DNA of 64,000 nucleotides from an uncultured Alphaproteobacteria bacterium (GTDB lineage: Bacteria > Pseudomonadota > Alphaproteobacteria > Rhizobiales > Rhodomicrobiaceae), in contig CAVYBZ010000025.1 of NCBI GenBank assembly GCA_963766815.1, forward strand, positions 12,883 to 76,882, given 5' to 3'. Below are positions 31,939 through 41,573 of this stretch, piece by piece; the stretch's first letter is position 1, and the number at the start of each line of letters is the position of its first letter. The notes beneath the pieces are model-generated. The model did no database searches. It worked only from the letters and a program-made list of their open reading frames with translations, and was not told the DNA's origin. Both the position numbers and the translations under genes were made by a program.

Positions 31939-32673
31939 ATGCTTGCTACAACGCTTCAGCGTGATACATCGGCGCTTCTTCACGATGCAGGGGCTTCACG
32001 GGTCCTTATTTGCGGTAAGTCTTTTATCGCCGATCCGACAGGCGCCCTTTTTCGGCCGGCTGAGAACACGCTTATTGTCGCCGACCTGCAACTTTCGAAG
32101 TGCTCCTATCTCGAAGGGGAGGACGTGGTCCTTCCTCCCTACGATACGGCATCGGCTTTCGAGAAACTTGAGGACGCGCTCGACCGCTACGATCCTCTCC
32201 GCGTCATCGCGCTCGGCAACAGTTTTGCCGGGTTCACTTCGGACGGCCTTAGCCATCATCAGAGCGACTGGCTTCAGGATATGATGGAGGGGCGTGAGTG
32301 GTATTGGGTGGCGTCGGATCTTTGCCCGCCGCCTGACGGGATCGGTGGCACGGCCGTGCCGCAGATGATGCTCGGCGGCATCAAGTTTCGTGCGGAGCCG
32401 GTTCGCGCGCCTGTCGCCAATGAGATTGCCGGGGGCTTGCATCCGGTGGCGCAGGTCTCGCATTACGGCCACCTCGTTCGCGGGCGCTGCTTCGTCTCGA
32501 ACGGCATGCGGATGATCCTGCCGTCGCTCGGCAATTACTCCTCCGGAACCAATGTGCTAAGTTCGGCCTTCGATCCTCTTCTCGGCCAGGGCGGCTTGTT
32601 CGTATGGTTCATCTCTCAAGAGCGGGTGTCTTCGGTGGCGTCTCCCCAGCTCATGGAAGACCGCGCCGCTTAG
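31939..32673 (+). CDS. PdeM-like (ligase-associated DNA damage response) metallophosphoesterase homologue with degenerate active site
   Basis: Overall match to the PdeM pattern (ADPTGAL..P...LIVADL, LPPYDT, IALG.SF, FR.EP, LHP, R.RCF, ILPSLG.Y..G.NV), but most metal ligands are substituted. Confidence 0.75.
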   Translation: MLATTLQRDTSALLHDAGASRVLICGKSFIADPTGALFRPAENTLIVADLQLSKCSYLEGEDVVLPPYDTASAFEKLEDALDRYDPLRVIALGNSFAGFTSDGLSHHQSDWLQDMMEGREWYWVASDLCPPPDGIGGTAVPQMMLGGIKFRAEPVRAPVANEIAGGLHPVAQVSHYGHLVRGRCFVSNGMRMILPSLGNYSSGTNVLSSAFDPLLGQGGLFVWFISQERVSSVASPQLMEDRAA

Positions 32674-32704
32674 TGGTTAGTCGCTGTCCCGCCGGCGCGC
32701 CCGC

Positions 32705-33513
32705 TTAAACGCGCCGAAAGACAATCGAGGCGCCTCCGCCGACGGCGGCGGCGATCACGACCGCCAGCACGCCATAGAGCCAAGGGTGGTCTGTCGCCGC
32801 CGAGGATAGCTGCGCCTCGATGCCGATCTTATTCAATCGAATGTGGGCGCTTGCCTGCCCCATGACCTTACCGTTTTGCAGCACAAAAAACTCGGCCCGG
32901 TAGAGGCCCGCTCCAGCAGCGGGCGGCAGGAAAACCCTCGCCCGGAACAGCCTGGCGCCAAAGAACTAAATCGCCGTCTGGCTATCTTCGATGAAAAGGC
33001 CGCTCGTCTGCTTCAATTTGATCAACGCATCTTGAAATTCCTGAGGCGCGCTGGCTGACGCCTCTGCCGCTTCTTCCGCCTTCAAAGGAAGATTTAGAAC
33101 ATCGATGCCGATCTCATAGGCCTTGCGTTCCTCTGGCGGAGCAATCCCGGCGAGCGGTTTTGTCGAGAGGGCCGCGTAGTAATTGGGCGCCCCTCGAAGG
33201 TGAGGCTTTGCGTATTGACCCACAAGCCCAATCGCCGGTTCTTCTTCCAGACCGTAACCGGCTTGATCGGGCCGCGGATCGTGACCACGACATCGAAGGG
33301 CTGATCGTTTAGCCGGCCCGGGTCGACGGACCCAAACAGGGCAATACTTGTCCCGTCGTAGCTCGGCTCGATATAGAAATGGTTCTGAGAGGCGCCCGCT
33401 TCGATCACGTCAGGTTCCGAAGCCAGCGCCTGAAACGCAAAAAGCCCGAGCAGCGGCAATATAATGGCGACGCGGACAAGGCGCGACGCATTGGAATGCC
33501 GCGCCATCATCAA
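32705..33513 (-). CDS. TIGR02186 family transmembrane protein (one frameshift at 33190-33193 and one in-frame TAG at 32966-32968; probably sequencing errors)
   Basis: Signal peptide; TIRGP...VTVWKKNRRLGLWVN; PNYYA; LFRARVFLP; C-terminal TM PWLYGVLAVVIA; directly follows a TauE gene as is usual for this family. Confidence 0.75.
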
Positions 33514-34424
33514 GCCCCAGCGCGGGTAAGGCTGAAAATCTCGGGCGGCGCGAACAGCCCCACGGTAAGGCGCAACCCCACTGACAGAACCAAAATCGCA
33601 AGCAGGAGACGCAACTGCTCGGCGCGAAGATGCTGGCCCGCCGCCGCCCCGGCCTGGGCGCCGATCACTCCACCCACCATCAAAATAAGCGCGAGCGCAA
33701 TGTCTACAGTCTGGTTGGCCGCCGCCTGCAACACGGTCGTGATCGCGCTTACAAAAATCACCTGAAACAGCGAGGTGCCAATCGCGACATTGGTCGGAAC
33801 GCGAAGGAGATAAATCAGGATCGGAACCATGACGAAGCCGCCCCCAACGCCCATCACGCCCGACATGAGCCCGACAAGCGCGCCTAGCGCTATCGCGGGC
33901 ATCGCGCTGATGTAAAGCTTCGACGCCTTGAAGCGTGTTTTGAAGGGCAGCCGATGAATCCAGTTGTGGTGAGCGGAGCGGCGCGCGGCAGGCTGGCCCT
34001 GGCGCACCTTACGAAGCGCGCGAATGCTTTCCACAAACATCATGCCGCCCACGGCGCTCATGAAAACGACGTAGAGGAGGGCTATGGACAGGTCGATCTG
34101 CCCGGTCTGGCGCAAATATTTCACAATCTGAACGCCGATAAGCGCGCCAAACGCGCCTCCAGCGAGAAGATACATGCCGAGCTTGACGTCCACATTTTTG
34201 CGGCGGTACTGAGCGATCGTGCCCGTGATCGATGAAGCGATCAGCGGATTAGCCCCTGTGGCGACAGCGACCGCGCTCGGCACGCCGGCAAAGATCAACA
34301 TGGGCGTCATAAGAAAACCGCCGCCGACGCCGAACATACCTGAGAGGAACCCTACCGCGCCGCCAAGCGCGAGCATCACCAGCGCATTCACCGGCAGTTC
34401 GGCAATTGGCAAATAAACCAGCAT
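33510..34424 (-). CDS. Sulfite exporter TauE/SafE family protein
   Basis: MLVYLPIAEL...GFLSGMFGVGGGFLMTP; second repeat GVMGVGGGFVMVP...AIGTSLFQ. Confidence 0.9.
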   Translation of the reverse strand: MLVYLPIAELPVNALVMLALGGAVGFLSGMFGVGGGFLMTPMLIFAGVPSAVAVATGANPLIASSITGTIAQYRRKNVDVKLGMYLLAGGAFGALIGVQIVKYLRQTGQIDLSIALLYVVFMSAVGGMMFVESIRALRKVRQGQPAARRSAHHNWIHRLPFKTRFKASKLYISAMPAIALGALVGLMSGVMGVGGGFVMVPILIYLLRVPTNVAIGTSLFQVIFVSAITTVLQAAANQTVDIALALILMVGGVIGAQAGAAAGQHLRAEQLRLLLAILVLSVGLRLTVGLFAPPEIFSLTRAGA

Positions 34425-34538
34425 GGCTGCTGTCAACCAAACGATGCGAGGATTTGGGGTGGATTGCGTTTGTTTTTTGCGCGGTTGTAGCCTAAAGCGA
34501 AACTGGGGTCACGTGAAAACGGTCTTGGGCGCAAATCC

Positions 34539-34623
34539 TGAAGCACATCGGGAAAAGCGCGGGAGCGGTTTTCCGGTAAAGACGCACGATAAAACAGAAA
34601 GCTGGCCCCGCCCTGATTCCATC
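34539..34623. repeat. RIME/BRU-RS-like intergenic palindromic element, family A
   Basis: GGGAAAAGCGCGGGAGCGGTTTTCCGGTAAAGACGCACGA; similar to copies at 40119-40422, 42467-42564 and 47002-47035. Confidence 0.6.
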
Positions 34624-35007
34624 GGCGGATAAGCCAAGTTTGCGGCCGCCACGAGTGCTTGCGCTTCCCTTTGCGCTTCGAAGCGGATGGGGCAAGAGAG
34701 GAGTGCGGCGAGTTTTCGGAGCTGGAACGCCTGCGGATTAGCAATCGTGGCCGCCAAAGAGGAAGCCAGCCCGGCCTAGGCCTTGCACTATAAGACCGGA
34801 CTACGCGCGCGTGTTCCTTCTCTTTCGCGCCAGGGAAGCCGTTGCCGGGTTATAGATTAGGTCCGTTGATATATCGCGTCGCAGCGCCACGTTTGCGGAT
34901 AGGAGGGGCCCCGACGCCGGTTTCTTTCCCCACTTCGCATCCGCAAGCGAATATGGTGCGGTGAAATCCTTCGTAGGCGAGGGCATGCTATACTGCTAAG
35001 CGCCGGC

Positions 35008-37170
35008 TTAACCGCGAGCGTCGCTGGCGCCGGCCAGGCGAGGCAGTTGCTCCACAGTTGGACGCCAGGCGCCGGCCTGTTCATCCGCGGCCTGCGTCTC
35101 AGCCTCGGGCAGCCCGTGCTTGAGCCGCTCCGCGTGCCGCGTGGCTTCCTTATCCCCTGCCAATGAAGCCACCTGATACCAGAAGTAGGCTTTCCCGCTG
35201 TTCTGCTGCACGCCAAGGCCGCGCTCGTAGAGTAGGGCGAGGTTGAATTGGCTGTCGGTCAAGCCGGCCGTTGCAGCGGTCGTGAACCAGCCCGCAGCCT
35301 CCTGGTAGTCCTGCGGCGTCTCTTGGGTGGAGAGCAGAACGCCGAGATTATGCATCGCCCGGATATGTCCTGCGCTTGCAGCTTTCCGATACAGGTCCCG
35401 CGCCTGGTTTTCATCTTTCGGAACGCCGGCGCCTCGCTCATACAACGAAGCCAGAATGAACTGCGATTCTGTGTGGCCCTGATCGGCCGCCCTCGTCAGC
35501 CAGCGCGCCGCGGTTGCTGGGTCGCCTTGCGGCGTGCCGTCATTCAGGAAACGGGCGCCAATGCGAAACTGCGCTTCCCGGTCGCCCCGGCTGGCGGCGC
35601 TCGTCAGCATCTGCAGGTCCTCGCCAGAATCCGGCTGAAGCCTGGACGGCGAAGCATGGTTTTGATCGGCCGCGGTGAAGAGCGCGGGACCTCCTTTAGG
35701 CTCTGTGGTCAAGAGCCTCTCAGGTCCATCGTCCTCGATCCTCCAATTCCGCGGTGCGCTGCCCTCCGGCGAAACCCTCGCTGCCTGCACATCCGGCAGC
35801 ACGCTCAAGTGGAATGGGGGGAGCTCAGCCTTTGAATGAAGGTAGTAGAGCGCGGCGCTGGCAATCAGAAGGACGACAGCGACAATTCCGAGCCCAAAGA
35901 GGGGCAGAGCCTTATCTTCCTCGCGAAACAGCGGCCCAGCCAAGAAGGATGGGGGCGATGGACGTTGGGTCTGAGCGGCTTCTTGTTCCTGTTTCAAGGA
36001 GCCCGAGCTCCTGGAAGTAAGCCGTTGGCCCGCTTCCTCCAGCGCCCTGATCAGATTTGGGTCGTGGGGCGGCGGTGTGCGGAGCGTAATCGTGTCGAGC
36101 TGCGGCTTTCGCGCGGGCGCAGACCCGAAATCCGCGTCCGGCCTGGAGTAGGCGGGCGCGCCGGCCGCTATCGGCATATGAACTCCGGCACGTTTCTTGG
36201 GAGCAGCGGCGCTGGCCCGGTCTGCGCTGCCCCTTTCGAGGAAAATGCGCAAAGTTTCGTGAACGCGCTCAAGCGCCGCAGTGGTGCGTTCGCTGCTTTC
36301 GCGGGAAAGAACGTTGAGTGCGCGAAGCTCGCTCTCCACGCGGCCGAGGCTGGAACTCTCGGCGGACTGATGCAGGGCGGCGGCGATATGCTCGGCGGTG
36401 ACTGCGGCCGCGCGTGAGGCCGCGACGACAACGGTTTGCCCGAGTTCCCTCACTGTGTGGCGCGCTGCGGTCTCGAAACCGGCCCGGGCCTCGCCGGCGC
36501 GCTCCGTGGCGGCAAGAATTTCCTTGGCCGCGCGCGCGATCCGGCTGGCGTCGGTTGAGCTTTGCTCGCGCGTAACTTCGAGGGAGCGCGATAGCTCTGC
36601 GAGTTGGATTTCCACTGCCGCCATGGTTCTCTCGCCGGGCATGACCGCCGATAGTTTGTCGACGCGGCCGATGATTTCCGCCAGCTTTGCGTTGATGGAT
36701 AAGATCTCGCCTTTGTCAGCCTCCTGGCGGGTGAGAAGTCCCTTCAACTCCAAGAATCTCTCTTCGAACCAGGCGAGGTCGCCTCCCCGGCGCGGCTCCG
36801 GGGAGGAAGGCTGCGATTGATGGGCTGGAGCTTCTCTCGCCGGGTCCTTAAAGACTTCGGTATAATGAAGAGGGGGGCTGAATTCATTCAGGCGCGCGGA
36901 CAAAGCGTCGAGGGGAGGAAAACCTTTCGATTTCGGGCTCTTGGCGCGATCCAGATAAGCATAAAGCTGAGCATCCGCATCTGTCTCGCTGTCCAATGCC
37001 GATAATGGCGGATCCGGGGACGGGAAGGGCTGAGGCATTTGCGGAAGGGGGGGAATCTCGGGCACGCCGTCGAGCGCGCGCTCAAGCGGACTCCGCTGCT
37101 CGCGGGCGCCGTCGCCATTAAGGTCGCCGCTGATCAAGCGCCCTGTTTTCACGTTACTCAGTCCCGCCAT
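35008..37170 (-). CDS. PodJ-like polarity protein: coiled-coil region, single TM helix, Sel1-like repeats
   Basis: TM LPLFGLGIVAVVLLIASAALYYL; Sel1 repeats (AQFRIGARFL, SQFILASLYERG, AMHNLGVLL, SQFNLALLYERG); adjacent to TauE/TIGR02186 as for podJ in other Rhizobiales; start uncertain (37170 or 37227). Confidence 0.7.
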   Translation of the reverse strand: MAGLSNVKTGRLISGDLNGDGAREQRSPLERALDGVPEIPPLPQMPQPFPSPDPPLSALDSETDADAQLYAYLDRAKSPKSKGFPPLDALSARLNEFSPPLHYTEVFKDPAREAPAHQSQPSSPEPRRGGDLAWFEERFLELKGLLTRQEADKGEILSINAKLAEIIGRVDKLSAVMPGERTMAAVEIQLAELSRSLEVTREQSSTDASRIARAAKEILAATERAGEARAGFETAARHTVRELGQTVVVAASRAAAVTAEHIAAALHQSAESSSLGRVESELRALNVLSRESSERTTAALERVHETLRIFLERGSADRASAAAPKKRAGVHMPIAAGAPAYSRPDADFGSAPARKPQLDTITLRTPPPHDPNLIRALEEAGQRLTSRSSGSLKQEQEAAQTQRPSPPSFLAGPLFREEDKALPLFGLGIVAVVLLIASAALYYLHSKAELPPFHLSVLPDVQAARVSPEGSAPRNWRIEDDGPERLLTTEPKGGPALFTAADQNHASPSRLQPDSGEDLQMLTSAASRGDREAQFRIGARFLNDGTPQGDPATAARWLTRAADQGHTESQFILASLYERGAGVPKDENQARDLYRKAASAGHIRAMHNLGVLLSTQETPQDYQEAAGWFTTAATAGLTDSQFNLALLYERGLGVQQNSGKAYFWYQVASLAGDKEATRHAERLKHGLPEAETQAADEQAGAWRPTVEQLPRLAGASDARG

Positions 37171-37325
37171 ATCAATTGAAGCGCGCCGCCGTTCCGGGGG
37201 TCGAACTTTCCCGGACAACCGGCACACAGGGTGTTCAAGGGCCTATGCGGTTGTTATCTTTGCCTTGTATGTGCAAACATGACGTAAACAGCGGGTAAAA
37301 TTCCTATCTTTTTTTAGGGTCCTCG

Positions 37326-37772
37326 ATGAGCACATCCAAAACCATCATCGGCCACAGCAGCGCCGCCGTTACCATCGAAACCACGGGGCAAGGCTTTTAC
37401 CGCCTGGGAAACGAGCTTTCGCGCCGGCTCAAAGAAATGAGGGCGGTAAACGGCCTCATGAACATTTTTTGCACCCACACTTCGGCGTCGTTGTGCGTGC
37501 AGGAAAATGCGGACCCCGCCGTGCTCGCGGATCTCACCGGCGCTTTGAAGCGCCTTGCTCCGGAGGGGGCGCATTACCGGCATCGCAGCGAGGGGCCGGA
37601 CGATATGCCGGCGCACATCAAGACGCTGTTGACGGCGACGTCGCTTTCGTTGCCCGTCAGGGAGGGAAAGCTTGCGCTCGGAATCTGGCAGGAGGTTTAC
37701 TTGATCGAGCATCGGGCAGGCGCGCATGAGCGAAGGCTCGAATTGGATTTTATCGGAGGCAGCAAAGCTTAG
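37326..37772 (+). CDS. yjbQ: YjbQ/UPF0047 family protein
   Basis: HTSASLCVQENADPAV, YRHRSEGPDDMPAHIK, LGIWQEVYLIEHR. Confidence 0.9.
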   Translation: MSTSKTIIGHSSAAVTIETTGQGFYRLGNELSRRLKEMRAVNGLMNIFCTHTSASLCVQENADPAVLADLTGALKRLAPEGAHYRHRSEGPDDMPAHIKTLLTATSLSLPVREGKLALGIWQEVYLIEHRAGAHERRLELDFIGGSKA

Positions 37773-37965
37773 CGATTCCTCAAAATCGTGCAAAAGCCAG
37801 AACTTAGCCCGATCCTGTGCGGGGTAAGGTTAAAACAAGCTTGAGCCTCGAATTTGCCCCAAGATGCTATAAAGCTGATCCGGTCAAGGCGCCGCTGCCT
37901 CGATGGAGGCGCCGGACGCCGTCCCGCGATGGCTTTTTCAGTTTGTTGCTTGCGAGTAAACGAAA

Positions 37966-38325
37966 ATGCATACGATTCTGCTTGCAGAAGATGACGACTC
38001 CATGCGCCGGTTTCTCGCGAGGGCGCTTGAGCGCGCAGGCTATGACGTGGTTTCTTATGGTAATGGCGCCGAAGCGCTGGCGGGCTTACGGGAAAAGCCA
38101 ATTACGCTTTTGCTCACCGATATCGTGATGCCGGAAATGGATGGCATCGAGCTTGCGAAAAGAGCAGCCGAGCTCAACCCGGAAATGAAAATCATGTTCA
38201 TCACAGGTTTTGCGGCGGTTGCGCTGCAGGAATATTCGGAGACGCCACGCCGGGCGCGGGTTCTGTCAAAACCGATTCATCTCAAGGATCTTGTCCGTGA
38301 AGTTGACAGAATGCTCGCCGCGTAA
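37966..38325 (+). CDS. cpdR: Single-domain response regulator CpdR
   Basis: ILLAEDDDSMRRFLARAL...LLLTDIVMPEMDGIELA...MFITGFAAVAL...LSKPIHLKDLV. Confidence 0.9.
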   Translation: MHTILLAEDDDSMRRFLARALERAGYDVVSYGNGAEALAGLREKPITLLLTDIVMPEMDGIELAKRAAELNPEMKIMFITGFAAVALQEYSETPRRARVLSKPIHLKDLVREVDRMLAA

Positions 38326-38500
38326 GCAAGCTTTCCTGGTTTGCCAATGAATGCCCGGGAGCCTGTTAGGGTCGCAAGCGGCTGTGGCGGGTTTTTGGCG
38401 ATCCCACCCGCGCCGGCGCCGCTCCCGGATCCGAAAGGGATCTTCGTCGAAAAGCTTCATCCTAAAAAACGGCGGGTGCGGCGCTGAAACGCCCACCATT

Positions 38501-38545
38501 GTCATGGCCGGGCTTGACCCGGCCATCTCAAAGCCCCGCCATGAC
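38501..38545. repeat. REP-like palindrome (GTCATGGCCGGGCTTGACCCGGCCATC type)
   Basis: GTCATGGCCGGGCTTGACCCGGCCATC followed by GCCATGAC; related element at 40209-40286. Confidence 0.75.
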
Positions 38546-38691
38546 GAGGCGTGCGGCTCACCCGGAGGGCGCCGCCATAAATACGCAAAGCACGCTGTTC
38601 CCGCTCAAGTTTTCCGGTACGGCATAAGTTCAACTGCCGGATTTAGGTTGATAGAATGCCGCCTGCCCGATGCAGACGGCTTCACCCCCGG

Positions 38692-39885
38692 CTAATTCAA
38701 GCTGTAGTGAGGCAGTTTCATACTGTCCGAGATATCGCGTCCGATCGTCAATTTGGCGAGACCGGGAATCCGCAGTAGCTTGACGACCTGGTTACGGACG
38801 AACAAACCAAACCCTGTCTTGGGTGCGAATGAACTCGCGAACAGCTTCGCCGCCGCCTGCTTTTTCGAAATGAATGGCCGCAGCAAATTTTCATATTGTC
38901 TAAACGCCTGGACGTAATCTCCTTTTGCCTTGGCCAATTCGCCCGCAAGCACATAAGCGGAAAGCATGGCAAGCGCCGACCCTTGCCCCGCGAGCAATGA
39001 CACACAGAATGCTGCGTCGCCAATCAGGGCGATCCTGCCCTTGGACCAGCCCTCCATCTGAATCTGGCTGACGCGATCGAAATAAAGTTCATCCGTCCGG
39101 CCGAGATCGGAAAGGATCGCCCCGCATTCCCAGCCACCATTTCTGAATGTCTCTGTTACGATCGCTTTCTGAGCGGTGATATCAGACTGATCTGGAGCAG
39201 CATCATAATCGCCAACGAAAACGAACAGAAAGAGCGTGCGGTCCTCATGGAGCGCGAAGCGAGCCAGCATCCGGCCAGGCTTACTGTAAATCACATAAAC
39301 GTCCTCGTCGCGAGGCCGGTAACCTGAGACCTCGAACGCCGCGGCGGTGTAGCCGAGAGGGCGTTCAAATGAGGCTTGAGCGCCGAACGCCAGCCTGCGT
39401 ATTTTGGAATGAAGGCCGTCGGCGCCAATCACGAGATGGAAGCGGCGTTGCATCCCACTCGCGAACGTGACTTCTACGCCCTGTCCATCCTCACAAATGT
39501 CTGTGACCTCATCGCCGAAGACGATTTCGCTCGAATTCTTAGTCTTATCGAAAATCAATCTCGACAAATCGCTCCGCGCCAGCGTGATGAAGCGCCCGCC
39601 CGTGAGCTCGCTGAAAACCTGCGTCCCAAACCCGGCAACGCGTTGGCCGCTCTCATTAACGATACGCAACTCTTGCACGTGATAGCCGGCGCTTTCGATT
39701 TGAGGTAGAAGACCCATTAGCCCAGCGATATCGTAACCCAACCCCCAGAAATCGATCACATAGCCGCCGCTCCGCAGGGCAGGGGCTATTTCAACCAGCG
39801 TCGTGGCGAAGCCATAACGGTTCAACCAATAGGCCAAAGCCGGACCGGCAACGCCCGCACCCGAAATGAGAACTGAAAGCGCCAT
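38692..39885 (-). CDS. FAD-dependent monooxygenase
   Basis: ISGAGVAG (GxGxxG), IGADGLHS (DG motif), LIGDAAFCVSLLAGQG (GD motif). Confidence 0.9.
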   Translation of the reverse strand: MALSVLISGAGVAGPALAYWLNRYGFATTLVEIAPALRSGGYVIDFWGLGYDIAGLMGLLPQIESAGYHVQELRIVNESGQRVAGFGTQVFSELTGGRFITLARSDLSRLIFDKTKNSSEIVFGDEVTDICEDGQGVEVTFASGMQRRFHLVIGADGLHSKIRRLAFGAQASFERPLGYTAAAFEVSGYRPRDEDVYVIYSKPGRMLARFALHEDRTLFLFVFVGDYDAAPDQSDITAQKAIVTETFRNGGWECGAILSDLGRTDELYFDRVSQIQMEGWSKGRIALIGDAAFCVSLLAGQGSALAMLSAYVLAGELAKAKGDYVQAFRQYENLLRPFISKKQAAAKLFASSFAPKTGFGLFVRNQVVKLLRIPGLAKLTIGRDISDSMKLPHYSLN

Positions 39886-40153
39886 TGATGAACAACAGCG
39901 GATAGGGCAAAGAGTTTGACTCATCCAGAAACAAAACTGGAAACCTCCAGAGTTGGGTTCTGGCCCACTGCGTTGGTTAGCGGCGCTGGCGGAATCGGCG
40001 CTTCGAGATCTAAAAGCCGCCGTGCTTGGGCCGTGGTTTTTGAAGTGTGCCGAGCCCGCAAACGGGCCTGATGCACTAATTCAGCCCGATGGCTGCGAAC
40101 CTGCCGCCTGATCAAATTATGCGTCCGGAAAAGCACGAAGCGGTTTTCCGGTA

Positions 40154-40355
40154 TTTGATTACCCCCGATGTTTCCGCCAATTCCGTCGTCATGACCGCAC
40201 CGCTTCTTGTCATGGCCGGGCTCCGGCGCGGCCATCCAGATGCTTCAGTTGCGAAGCTGGATAGCCGGGTCAAGCCCGGCCGTCACAGTGGGGGCCAAAA
40301 TTCCCCCAATGTTTTCAAGGCTTCTTCCGCCAGCGGAAACATCGGGGTAATCAAG
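40154..40355. mobile_element. Non-autonomous MITE (202 bp) with about 23-bp terminal inverted repeats and 8-bp target-site duplication; contains a REP-like palindrome
   Basis: Left TIR TTGATTACCCCCGATGTTTCCGC (40155-40177), right TIR GCGGAAACATCGGGGTAATCAA (40333-40354); TTCCGGTA directly repeated at 40146-40153 and 40356-40363. Confidence 0.8.
40209..40286. repeat. REP-like inverted pair inside the MITE
   Basis: GTCATGGCCGGGCTCCGGCGCGGCCATCCAG...CTGGATAGCCGGGTCAAGCCCGGCCGTCAC. Confidence 0.75.
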
Positions 40356-40418
40356 TTCCGGTAAGACGCACGAGAAGAGCTGGAGCGCGCTTTTGATTCT
40401 ATCAAAAGCGAATACGCT

Positions 40419-41573
40419 CTAGGCCGCGGGCTCCGCGGGCAGGGCTTCGGAGGGAGTAGCAAGTTCCTCCCGCACAGTGATGTAATTCATGAAATTGGTC
40501 TCGGACACGGTGCCAACAAGCGCATTGCCTTCCAGCACCGCGAGATGGCGGATGCCGTTGGACTGAAGCTTGCGCAGAGCCTCGATGGCGGATGCGGCGG
40601 GAGAGACCACCGTGTCATGGGTAAAGCGCTCGGCTATCGTGCGCACAAAAGTATCGCGCCACTGCGATTGCAAAACGCGCTTGATCTGATCCGGCACGAT
40701 ATAGCCGAAAGCCTTCCCGTCCTCGGCGACGATGACGAATTTGCGGTTCAGCCCGTAGATGAAATCCTTAACCAGCATCTCGACCGTGATATCGGGAGCG
40801 ACCGACAAAGGCGAACGGTCCATCAGATCCGACACCGAGACGCCCCTCAGATTTTCAGCCGCATTGGTTTGATTGCGCGCCTGAGAGGCGGCGGCGGCGA
40901 GGAAAATTCCGATGAGAAGCTGCCAGGTCCCGCCAAGCGTATTTCCGTTGACGATCTGGACCATCCCGGTGACGACCAGGAAGGCGCCAAAAATCGAGCC
41001 GGACATCGAGGCGATGCGCGTCGCGCGGCGCAAATTGCCGGTGCGCCACCAGATGATCGAGCGCAGGATCCGGCCTCCGTCGAGGGGAAACGCCGGCGCC
41101 AGGTTAAAGAGCGCCAGTACGGTGTTCGTCATCGCCAACAAGTCCAGTATTCCGGTTATCGCTGGCAGCTCCGACGAGGATGAGATCAGCGCTGCGCCAT
41201 GGCAAGCCGCCGCTATGACGACGCTCGCGACCGGTCCGACGATCGCGACCCAGAATTCCGAACGCGGCGTTTTCGGCTCCTGCTTCAGCTCTGCTACGCC
41301 GCCAAAAATGAAAAGGGTGATGCCGCCTATGGGCAAACCGAACTTGCGCGCCATAACGGCATGAGCCAGCTCGTGCAGAATAATGGAAGCGAAAAGCCCC
41401 AGAGCGCCGGTTATTCCCATGGTGATATAGGTGTAAGTGTTCTGATGCGGCACAACGGCCGGGAAATAGCGGGTAAGGCTCACCACGAGGTAGAACGCCA
41501 GGAAAAACCACGAAATATCGATGCTGACGTGAAAGCCCAGCAGGGAAAACAAGCGAAAACGGGCCGGGAACAT
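40419..41573 (-). CDS. Site-2 protease (M50, SpoIVFB-like) with CBS domains
   Basis: HELAH (HExxH), NLAPAFPLDGGR, C-terminal CBS pair; GGAGG RBS before ATG 41573. Confidence 0.92.
   Translation of the reverse strand: MFPARFRLFSLLGFHVSIDISWFFLAFYLVVSLTRYFPAVVPHQNTYTYITMGITGALGLFASIILHELAHAVMARKFGLPIGGITLFIFGGVAELKQEPKTPRSEFWVAIVGPVASVVIAAACHGAALISSSSELPAITGILDLLAMTNTVLALFNLAPAFPLDGGRILRSIIWWRTGNLRRATRIASMSGSIFGAFLVVTGMVQIVNGNTLGGTWQLLIGIFLAAAASQARNQTNAAENLRGVSVSDLMDRSPLSVAPDITVEMLVKDFIYGLNRKFVIVAEDGKAFGYIVPDQIKRVLQSQWRDTFVRTIAERFTHDTVVSPAASAIEALRKLQSNGIRHLAVLEGNALVGTVSETNFMNYITVREELATPSEALPAEPAA

Larger units (their letters stand above)
40119..40422. repeat. Family A palindromic element interrupted by a MITE
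   Basis: Removing 40154-40363 rejoins GCGTCCGGAAAAGCACGAAGCGGTTTTCCGGTA with AGACGCACGA...GCTTTTGATTCTATCAAAAGCGAATACGCTCTAG, collinear with the copy at 42467-42564. Confidence 0.7.

Noticed and set aside
38326-38500. Possible tRNA downstream of cpdR, where one is often found in relatives
   Set aside because: No cloverleaf, T-loop GTTCRA or CCA end could be built from this sequence.
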